DNA from: Macrostomum hystrix
Lineage: Eukaryota; Animalia; Platyhelminthes
DNA: 64,000 nt
Assembly: GCA_950097015.1 (NCBI GenBank)
Contig: CATNEN010000008.1
Span: 4,587,650 to 4,651,649 of the forward strand
Direction: 5' to 3'
Position numbers and translations under genes: made by a program. The notes below the pieces were generated by a model that saw only the letters and a list, made by a program, of their open reading frames with translations, was not told where the DNA came from and did not search any database. Shown here piece after piece: positions 1-10,600 of the stretch. Within the stretch, counting starts at the first letter, position 1, and each line of letters starts with the position of its first letter.

Positions 1-227
1 GACACATTCGCGATATGGGCCGGCTTAATTAGGACGTCACGTGTACTCCCTCCGGGGGTGGGGGGGGGTAACAGAAACTCGGGGACACGTCAAGGAGGGT
101 CAATAGGCGATACGAATGCTGCTGCATGCACTATTAGCGACTGGGAAAACTAAATTGGGGACTATAAGGAACATTGACGAAGGCAGGGATAAAATCCCAG
201 GGTGGGGCAAGCGCGAAAGTGAGGAAG

Positions 228-632
228 AAGAGAAAGAGAGGGGCAGGTAGTGGGTGAGAAGGAGAGGGGCAGGTAGTGGGTGAGAAGGAAAGGGGCAGGT
301 AGTGGGTGAGAAGGAGAGGGGCAGGTAGTGGGTGAGAAGCAGAGGGGCAGGTAGTGGGTGAGAAGGAGAGGGGCAGGTAGTGGGTGAGAAAGAGAGGGGC
401 AGATAGTGGGTGAGAAAGAGTGGGGGAGATAGTGGGTGAGAAAGAGTAGGGGAGATAGTGGGTGAGAAAGAGAGGGGCAGTTAGTGGGTGAGAAAGAGAG
501 GGGAAGATAGTGGGTGAGAAAGAGAGGGGCAGGTAGTGGGTGAGAAAGAGAGGGGCAGATAGTGGGTGAGAAAGAGAGGGGCAGATAGTGGGTGAGAAAT
601 AGAGGGGAAGATAGTGGGTGAGAAAGAGAGGG
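228..632. repeat. 26-bp purine-rich minisatellite (GGGCAGGTAGTGGGTGAGAAGGAGAG)n, ~15 copies
   Basis: Direct tandem periodicity of 26 bp; explains ORFs 134..754 and 162..659, whose 26-aa repeat equals 3 monomers. Confidence 0.95.
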
Positions 633-1044
633 GAGTTGAGAGTTGAGAGTTGCCGGCACAGATCTAATCTGATCTGATCAAATGAGGCTGTGTTGTCATC
701 ATCAGCGGCTGAGGCAGCACAATTTGATGGAATCCAAATCAAATTAGTTGGCATTTTGTGAACTTTTCAATGTCGTCAAGACGAAATCTAATTTTTTTAT
801 CAAAGAAAAATTTCTTCTGAACTTAATTTGGGTCCCTAAAAATCAAGGACATCATGAAATATATACTAAGGCTTGACTGAGTAAAAGCTACTGTAACTGA
901 AGCCACATTTTCAAGAATGCGTATTGAGACAAAATGGAGAATTTATTTACTTTTGCCAGCAAAAATATTCCAACAGAAAGGGAGATAGAGGAAAATGAAG
1001 GGGGTAGAAGACGATTGGAAGTACGATATGGGAAACGAAGGAGG

Positions 1045-1203
1045 GGAGATGAACGAGGGAGAGAAAGTAGGGGAAATGACGTAGGGGAGATGACGGAGGG
1101 GAAATGACGTAGGGGAGATGACGGAGGGGAGATGACGGAGGGGAAATGACGTAGGGGAGATGACGGAGGGGAAATTACGGAGGAGAGATCACGGAGGGGG
1201 AGA
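1045..1203. repeat. ~14/28-bp purine-rich tandem repeat (GGGGAGATGACGGAGGGGAAATGACGTA)n
   Basis: Visible tandem copies. Confidence 0.85.
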
Positions 1204-1266
1204 TCAGATTAAAAAAAACTTAAAATAGATCGACAGCTTGATCAGAAGGAAGACAGCAAGCAACAT

Positions 1267-1447
<181 letters not shown>

Positions 1448-1586
1448 GGGACAAAAGTGCACCGTTCACGCCGGGTCCCTGAACACCTGGAGCAAGCTCC
1501 AGGGGACAAATTGCTCTACCACCCAGACAAGCTTCCGCAACAACCACCGGACACTTCCATTACAATCACCTGCCGAGGGGGACGAA

Positions 1587-2445
1587 CTACACCTCGTGCT
1601 GCGCCTCCGCGGTGGCGAGGCGCCCCAAGCCAGCCGCAACGGCATCAAAGCCTGCTCCACGGAGTTGGCCGCGTGGCTCCACCGTCACAAACCAGCAGCG
1701 GGTCTCCTGCAGGAAACCAAGCTCAAGCCGGGGCAAACCTACCACCCACCGGAAGGGTACTGCGTCGCCGCACGTTGCGATGGACTACCCAAGCCGGACC
1801 TGCCCCAGCCACCTACTACACCGGACCAATCACTACCGTCAGACCAGCCAAGCAGCATTGCCCCAGAAGCCGTGCACAGGCGCCAGCAAACCCGCCCACG
1901 GTGCCGCCTTCCGTGGCCGGACGGCAGGGCAACTGAGTGGTGTGCAGGCTGCCGCTCAGGCCGCTCGGCCTGCAACCGCCGCAACAAGCCGTGGCCGACC
2001 ACGCGGCCCACACCGGTGTCACAGCAGCAGCCCGAACGCCAAACCGCCACCCGCCGCAACACACAACCAGGCGCAAGTGCGGGGAGGTGGGCACCCTCGT
2101 TCTGATCCGCTGCGACATCCCGTGCCAAGAGACACCAAAACCGGACGATAGCTCCCGCGGCCACCTCGACATTGCTACGACCATAATCTCGCCTAGAAAG
2201 GACCACGACATCATGCTCTCGTCGGTCTACGCACCACCAACCAGTGCCCAACGCCAGGACAACTGGCAACCGCCACTCCACCTAATCCCGCAACACCACC
2301 GTTCGGTAATCAGAGGGGACTTTAACGGGCACGGAACCTGGAACGCAGACGGATCCTGGAGGCCTGGGCAGGTCCCACCAGCTCACCATCGCCAACGACG
2401 GCAAGCACACCAGGACCAATCCGGCCACCGGGGGAGATCAGTGCA
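1587..2445 (+). pseudogene. LINE N-terminal region: ubiquitin-type LHLVLRLRGG motif followed by an APE endonuclease domain (frameshifted)
   Basis: LHLVLRLRGG at 1587-1616 is in frame with ELAAWLHRHKPAAGLLQETKL. The domain continues in the 1937 frame (GTLVLIRCDIP, SSVYAPP, IRGDFNGH) and in another frame as LTIANDGKHTRTNP. Confidence 0.85.
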
Positions 2446-2469
2446 TCACGCGGGCAGCCCCACTTTGCG

Positions 2470-4274
2470 CATTGAGTCTTTTCGCCGACGACTCGGCTCT
2501 GCTGGCCACCACCGCAGCCTCGACGACTCCGCTCGCCTCCTCCAGCCAGCCCTGGACGCCGCGGCAGACTGGTGCCACACCTGGAAGGTCGTGCTGAGCA
2601 CCAGCAAATGCGTCTATGGCACTTTCAGCCTGGATGCACGCGAGACCAGGGGGATAAAAGCGAGTAAACCTCAGTATTAACGACGCACCCCTCGCCTTCG
2701 AAGACGCCCCCACCTTCCTGGGCGTCAAGCTCGACGACCAGCTCACCTTCGGCCGACACGCAGCCGCCGTCAAGAGCCGAATGGCCAGCCGGCGCCGAGC
2801 CCTGGTCGCGCTTAGCCACCGCACAACCGGGGCAGACATGCGAAATTTACGCACCGCGTACGTCAGCACAATCCGCCCAGTCGCTGAGTACGGATGTGCA
2901 GTCTGGGCTGCAGGCGCTGCGCCGTCCACATGCCTCGCCATCGAGCGCCAGCAGCTGGCCTGCGCCCGGGCCATCACGGGCTGCATTCTCCCATCGGACT
3001 CTAGAACAGTCCTCAAACTGGCTGACCTTACGCCGTTCAGCCACCTGGTCACCGAAAGGGCCGCCTGCCTGCGCGAGCGGGTCCGACGCCTCCCAGCCGA
3101 CACGCCAGCCCGCGCCAGCCTTTGCCGCGCCACCCAGCCCCGACTCAAAAGCCGCTGCCATGAGGCCTACCTCCGCAACCAAGCTGAGCGCGGCGCGGAC
3201 ATCACCGCCTCTACGTCGGGGGCCCTCGTCGATTCGCGCGACCTCACGCGCCCATTCCGAGGCTGCTGGCGCCGCGCAGTCACCGAGCCCGACGTCTGCC
3301 AGGTCCTGCACGGCCTCCCTCGCATCGATACGCAGCTGGGGTGCGCACCCTGGGATGCCCGGATTGACCACGTTACCTTCGAACTGGACATCGCCAGAGC
3401 AGCCACCAGGTCCGACGGACCGGAGGCCCGGGCGAAGGCAGCGCGATGGGCCCTTGCAGGCCGCCCACCGAGCGACATCGAGGCCTGGACCGACGGATCG
3501 GTGCGGGACGGCACCGGCCCGGGCGGAGGCGCCGCCGTTGTTATCAGCCGGCTCCAGAGCCTCATACGCCGCACTGCCGCGGGGCAACTATGCAGCAGCT
3601 TTCAGGCCGAGCTCTGCGCCCTCCGTGAGGCCCTCACCACCATAGCCGACCTGCCGCCAGAGCTAGGGGCAACTGCACGAGTGCACTCGGACAGCCTCAG
3701 CGCTCTGCAGGCCCTCCAAGCTGGCCCCTGCTGCAGCGGACAGATCTCGGCCGCTCCTGCTGGCACCACCTCCTCCGCACCTCGAAAAAGGTCGAGCTGT
3801 GCTGGGTGCCAGCCCACTGCGGCCTCGAGCTCAACGAGGTCGTGGACGGGCTGGCAAACGAGGCGGTGCTCCTCGAGCAGTCCGACGTCGGTATGCCGCT
3901 GGACACGGCCAAAACCGCCATTCGACGTGAGCGGCAGAGGCTCGACGCGCGCAGCCTCCCAAGCGCCACCTTGGCCGACCTTCGGGGATGCCCGAAATCG
4001 TGCCGAAATCGTGGTCGCAAACCAACTGCGTGCCAATGCGACAACCCTCTGTCGCGAGACCCTGCACCGCTTCGGCCTCGCGGAAGACGAACTCTGCGCA
4101 GAGTGCGGAGCCGTGGACACGCCGCACCACGCCATACTCTACTGCCCTACGAAACCCCTCGCCCTGGTTGGCACGGACCACCAGGAGCTCCTGCGCCAGC
4201 CCGGCAAGGCCATTTCCCTTCTGCGGAGCATGGGGCGCTGGCCGCCCCCGCCCCTATCAGAACCGCTGTTCTGA
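2470..4274 (+). pseudogene. LINE RT C-terminal half, RNase H and CCHC zinc knuckle (several frameshifts)
   Basis: SLFADDSALLA, DWCHTWKVVLSTSKC, FLGVKLD, RNase H acidic motifs split between ORFs 2781..4274 and 3806..4294, and a C-x2-C-x7-H-x4-C knuckle. Confidence 0.9.
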
Positions 4275-4304
4275 CCTGGGCGAGGTCTGAATAAAGAAGA
4301 AGAA

Positions 4305-4319
4305 GCAGCAGCAGCAGCA
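4305..4319. repeat. (GCA)5 directly 3' of the LINE tail; likely remainder of the target microsatellite
   Basis: Direct sequence gaagaagaa-gcagcagcagcagca. Confidence 0.8.
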
Positions 4320-4618
4320 TTTTGTTTTCGTACCAAATGCAGCGGAATTGTTCAAACAAAACATTCAATCGAATATTACGTGGTTTTCACGACCGCGAAC
4401 ATAAAAAACTTTTTTAAGCAAAACATTACATAGCTGGCGTGTAATTTTGCAAAAAACACGCTCACAAACATTTTAACCTGTAGATTATAATTTATTGTAG
4501 TCATAGTAGTTTTTTTAAACTTCGCTTCTCTTGACTGGCAACAAAAACTCTGCGCAATTTCATTTATTTTTTTTAAATGAAGCTGAATTGAAAAAAAAAG
4601 GTACGCAGAGCGATTTAC

Positions 4619-7600
4619 CGGACATGCTGGACGGATAGCTGACTTCGTAGGCGTACAGCTGGCTGCGGTTGATTGTGGTGCCAGTTGTCGAGGTGAAATA
4701 TTCGATTAGTTGGACACTGAACAGGTCCTCGGATGCGAAGCCTGAGATCAGCAGCTCCATCACCTTGGAGGCCCGTTCCACCTGGACTCGAGGGATCAAG
4801 TGGGGGGCGGGGTCAAGTTACCTTGATGGCAATGTCTGGGGTCGTGTGACTACCGAGATTATAACTAGCGGCTAGGGGGTCATGTGACCTTGGAGATCAT
4901 AGCTAGGGGGTCATGTGACCTTGGAGATCATAGCTAGGGAGTCATGTGACCTTGGAGATTATAGCTACGGGTCATGTGACCTTGGAGATTATAGCTACGG
5001 GATCATGTGACCTTGGAGATCATAGCTAGGGGGTCATGTGACCTTGGAAATCATAGCTAGGGGGTCATGCGACCTTGGAGATCATAGCTACGGGTCATGT
5101 GACCTTGGAGATTATAGCTACGGGTCATGTGACCTTGGAGATTATAGCTACGGGATCATGTGACCTTGGAGATCATAGCTAGGGGGTCATGTGACCTTAA
5201 AGATCAAAGCTACGGTGTCATTTGACGTTGGAGATTATAACTAGGGGCTAGGGTTAGGGGCTAGGGGACTAGGGGCTAGGGGCTAGGGTCATGTGACCTT
5301 GGAGATCATTGCTAGAAAGTCATGTGACTTTGGAGATCATAGCTAGGGGCTCGTGTGACCTTGGAGATCATAGCTAGGGGGTCATGTGACTTTGGAGATC
5401 ATAGCTAGGGGCTCGTGTGACCTTGGAGATCATAGCTAGGGGTCATGTGACCTTGGAGATCATAGCTAGGGGTCATGTTACCTTGGAGATCATAGCTAGA
5501 AAGTCGTGTGACTTTGGAGATTATAGCTACGGGTCGTGTGATCTTGGAGATTATAGCTAGGGGCTAGGGGGTCATGTGACAGCAGAATCTAATGGGATGG
5601 ATCACGTCACCTTGGGGATTATAGCTGTTGTAAGCCGAGTCTAAGCTATTCTCAACATGACTCAGGCTCAGGCCAGCTCAGCGGTGTTCTCACCTTTCTC
5701 GGATCGTCCGTGCACGAATGAAACATTGAGCCGGCCACACTCTTGGCGACAGCTTCAACCGACATTGAGTTGACGTCGGTGTGGTAGATCATGCGGAACC
5801 AGATGCCGAATAGGAGGGCCAGCAGCTGCTGAACAGCCAGCGCCTGACTGACGATCACTCTGCAGTGTGAGAATCGATTCCGTGTTGAGATATGACCCTA
5901 GTATGACTTAAAATTTGTTTGTATGACCTAGCTCACAAGAACGCGAATGAGCTGTTTAAAACTCTGATAAACGACCTGCTATGACTTCTATGATTATGAT
6001 TGAGAATGACCACGAATTAGAAAGAATGATTGCTAATCTGAACTGAAATCACCGTTAATCCTATAATGACATCGTATGACTAAAATGACCTATAATGAAC
6101 AAAATGACTTCGAATGACTAAGGATGACCTTAAATGACCAAGAATGACTAAGCATAGAAAAATCAAGATAAACTCATTGCATGATCAAATAATTTAGAAC
6201 ATATACAATGACTTATTGGCAACTTCCCAGTGCAAAGTGTAAACACTCTAATCTAGACATAACAAGCAATCATAAACACAAACTGTTCTATCTAGTAATC
6301 TGTAGGAATTTTCCTCACGCGATCGCTCAGGATGCGCTGGCAAAGCCTGGATGACGCAATATGCAATCGATTACGTAACTAAGCGCGGGTCCATAGAAAG
6401 AATTCAGCCTCGTTATTTTGCCACGCCAACCTAAGTGAATCTAGCCAGCCTTCTTAATATCTGTATTATTCTTCCTTATTTGCCAATGCGAGCCCGAATG
6501 TCTATTGTTGGGTGAACATTTCGGCATGCAAAATAGTGTCGGATTTCCTGGCGAGCCGCTTTATGATCTAACATGGCACATTGCTCTGAAAATCGGCTTC
6601 GGCTCATGACTCATCGATGGCTGTTCGCTTCAACTCTGGGTGAGGCAAGCAGCTCTTTAGTTCTAACAAATTCTATAGTACTATATATTCTACGAGAAAA
6701 ATTAACTTCCCTTTGCAACGCAGGAAAAGAACCTTGCGTTACTTGGGAAAGTAACTTTCGTTACTTGGGAAAAAAAACTTACGTTACTCGGAAAATCAAA
6801 TAACGTTACTTAGAAAAGCAACTTGCGTTACTTAAAAAGCAACTTGTGTTAATCAGAAAAGCAACTTGCGTTACTTGGAAAAGCTACTTGCGTTACTTGA
6901 AAAAGCTACTTGCGTTACTTAGAAAAGCTACTTGCGTTACTTGAAAAAGCGAATTGCGTTACTTGAAAAAGCGAATTGCGTTACTTAGAAAAGCTACTTG
7001 CGTTACTTGAAAAAGCGAATTGCGTTACTTGAAAAAGCGAATTGCGTTACTTAGAAAAGCTACTTGCGTTACTTGAAAAAGCGAATTGCGTTACTTGAAA
7101 AAGCGAATTGCGTTACTTGAAAAAGCGAATTGCGTTACTTAAAAAAGCTACTTGCGTTACTTGGAAAAGCAACTTATTTAAGTAACTTTGCGTTGTTATT
7201 CTCGTATCAAAATCGGCTTAGAATTACTTAGAACAAGGGTTCTCATAAATTTCTATGTTTACTCTGTAATTTGAGCTTAGAATTCAAATTTAAATCCATT
7301 CAAAAATGGACAGAGAAATCATGAAAGCATTGCGAATTGCGAATGTCTCCAAACTGGCTACTGGCCTATATAGCCAGTGAAACTTGCTAAGATTAAAAAC
7401 ATTGCAGCTAGAAAAACTCAGACTTCCTTGATAAGCCTGTTGTGGCCCGATTATCCACTAACTGTACAGACACTAAAATTGAATGAGCAAAAGTGCATGT
7501 CACTGAAGTACTTTTTTCAATGACATAAGCACGCGAAAAATTCCATAAACAGTCTCAGAAACACACTCGATAAACAGTCTCAGAAACACACTCGATAAAC

Positions 7601-10600
7601 AGTCTCAGAAACACACTCGATAAACAGTCTCAGAAACACACTCGATAAACAGTCTCAGAAACACACTCGATAAACAGTCTCAGAAACACACTCGATAAAC
7701 AGTCTCAGAAACACTCTTGATAAACAGTCTCAGAAACACACTCGATAAACAGGATAAACAGTCTCAGAAACACACTCGATAAACAGGATAAACAGTCTCA
7801 GAAACACACTCGATAGACCCGACAAACATTGTCAGAAAGACACTAGATAAACAGGATAAACAGTCTCAGAAACACACTCGATAGACCCGACAAACATTGT
7901 CAGAAAGACACTAGATAAACAGGATAAACAGTCTCAGAAACACACTCGATAGACCCGACAAACATTGTCAGAAAGACACTCGATAGACCCGACAAACATT
8001 GTCAGAAAGACACTCGATAGACCCGACAAACATTGTCAGAAAGACACTCGATAGACCCGACAAACATTGTCAGAAACACACTCGATAAACAGGATAAACA
8101 GTCTCAGAAAGACACTCGATAGACCCGACAAACATTGTCAGAAAGACACTCGATAGACCCGACAAACATTGTCAGAAAGACACTCGATAGACCCGACAAA
8201 CATTGTCAGAAAGACACTCGATAGACCCGACAAACATTGTCAGAAAGACACTCGATAGACCCGACAAACATTGTCAGAAAGACACTCGATAGACCCGACA
8301 AACATTGTCAGAAAGACACTAGATAAACAGGATAAACAGTCTCAGAAACACACTCGATAAACAGGATAAACAGTCTCAGAAACACATTCGATAAACAGGA
8401 TAAACAGTCTCAGAAACACACTCGATAAACAGGATAAACAGTCTCAGAAACACACTCGATAGACCCGACAAACATTGTCAGAAACACACTCGATAAACAG
8501 GATAAACAGTCTCAGAAACACACTCGATAAACAGTCTCAGAAACACACTCGATAAACAGGATAAACAGTCTCAGAAACACACTCGATAAACAGGATAAAC
8601 AGTCTCAGAAACACATTCGATAAACAGGATAAACAGTCTCAGAAACACACTCGATAAACAGGATAAACAGTCTCAGAAACACACTCGATAAACAGGATAA
8701 ACAGTCTCAGAAACACACTCGATAAACAGTCTCAGAAACACACTCGATAGACCCGACAAACATTGTCAGAAAGACACTCGATAAACAGGATAAACAGTCT
8801 CAGAAACACACTCGATAGACCCGACAAACATTGTCAGAAAGACACTCGATAGACCCGACAAACATTGTCAGAAAGACACTCGATAGACCCGACAAACATT
8901 GTCAGAAAGACACTCGATAGACCCGACAAACATTGTCAGAAAGACACTCGATAGACCCGACAAACATTGTCAGAAAGACACTCGATAGACCCGACAAACA
9001 TTGTCAGAAAGACACTCGATAGACCCGACAAACATTGTCAGAAAGACACTCGATAGACCCGACAAACATTGTCAGAAAGACACTCGATAGACCCGACAAA
9101 CATTGTCAGAAAGACACTCGATAGACCCGACAAACATTGTCAGAAAGACACTCGATAGACCCGACAAACATTGTCAGAAAGACACTCGATAGACCCGACA
9201 AACATTGTCAGAAACACACTCGATAAACAGGATAAACAGTCTCAGAAACACACTCGATAGACCCGACAAACATTGTCAGAAAGACACTCGATAGACCCGA
9301 CAAACATTGTCAGAAAGACACTCGATAGACCCGACAAACATTGTCAGAAAGACACTCGATAGACCCGACAAACATTGTCAGAAAGACACTCGATAGACCC
9401 GACAAACATTGTCAGAAAGACACTCGATAGACCCGACAAACATTGTCAGAAAGACACTCGATAGACCCGACAAACATTGTCAGAAACACACTCGATAAAC
9501 AGGATAAACAGTCTCAGAAACACACTCGATAGACCCGACAAACATTGTCAGAAAGACACTCGATAGACCCGACAAACATTGTCAGAAACACACTCGATAA
9601 ACAGGATAAACAGTCTCAGAAACACACTCGATAGACCCGACAAACATTGTCAGAAAGACACTCGATAGACCCGACAAACATTGTCAGAAAGACACTCGAT
9701 AGACCCGACAAACATTGTCAGAAACACACTCGATAAACAGGATAAACAGTCTCAGAAACACACTCGATAGACCCGACAAACATTGTCAGAAACACACTCG
9801 ATAAACAGGATAAACAGTCTCAGAAACACACTCGATAGACCCGACAAACATTGTCAGAAAGACACTCGATAGACCCGACAAACATTGTCAGAAAGACACT
9901 CGATAAACAGGGCCAGCCATAAACGATGTCTAAGCCCGAGTGGTTGGCAGTGAAGTGACAGGTGTGGATGTCTAAGCCCTAGTGGTTGGCAGTGAAGTGA
10001 CAGGTGTGGATGTCTAAGCCCTAGTGGTTGGCAGTGAAGTGACAGGTGTGGATGTCTAAGCCCTAGTGGTTGGCAGTGAAGTGACAGGTGTGGACAAATG
10101 CATAAACAGTTGTGACGCCGACACTGCGGTAGTTGTTAGCTAGGATAGGATAGGCAGGTGGGCAGACAGAATGTAAATTAGCTAACACAACCCGCAACTA
10201 TCAGAGGCTTCAAACTGTTCTGAAACTATTTCCGACACCAGAAACAGTTTTAGGCTTGGCGACTGCCAATTCTGGGCCAGTTGCGTGTGTTTTTATGATT
10301 TGACTATCTAAATATAGACAAACTGACTAGCTAGTTCGTTAACGTCAGCTAAATTCTAGTTTGAGTGAAACTCCGCAGGCGCGCAAAGACGAAAACAATT
10401 TATTAGTTTAGGCTGTTCATCTTTGTGAACAAACGAGTCAGTTATGCAAAGATGTCAACGTGCCTAATGATGCCTGGATGCTACAGAGCGAACAGAAATT
10501 CTTGCCAATACCACTGCCGCGACTGATTAGTAGGTTTATTGAATTAAACAATAATTAACTTTTCACAAAAGTATGATGCTAAGCAATGGATAATGAAATT

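Larger units (their letters stand above)
1447..4304 (+). mobile_element. Non-LTR retrotransposon (I-group/Ingi-like LINE), internally deleted and frameshifted
   Basis: Motifs in order: APE endonuclease (NGIK..EL..LLQETKL; VLIR; SVYAPP; GDFNGH; NDGKHTR), RT FADD (2481-2492), FLGVKLDDQLTFGRH, TAYVSTIRPVAEYG, RNase H (WTDGS, SFQAELCA, HSDSLSAL, WVPAHCGLELNEVVDGLA), C-terminal CAECGAVDTPHHAILYC knuckle, stop 4272-4274, AATAAA 4290-4295 followed by (GAA)3. Clade is inferred from domain order. Confidence 0.93.

Noticed and set aside
1739-4181. Many antisense and alternate-frame ORFs over the LINE
   Set aside because: Expected shadow ORFs of GC-rich coding sequence; no motifs.
5240-5287. Telomere-like G-rich run
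   Set aside because: Mostly CTAGGGG units derived from the surrounding minisatellite, with a single TTAGGG.
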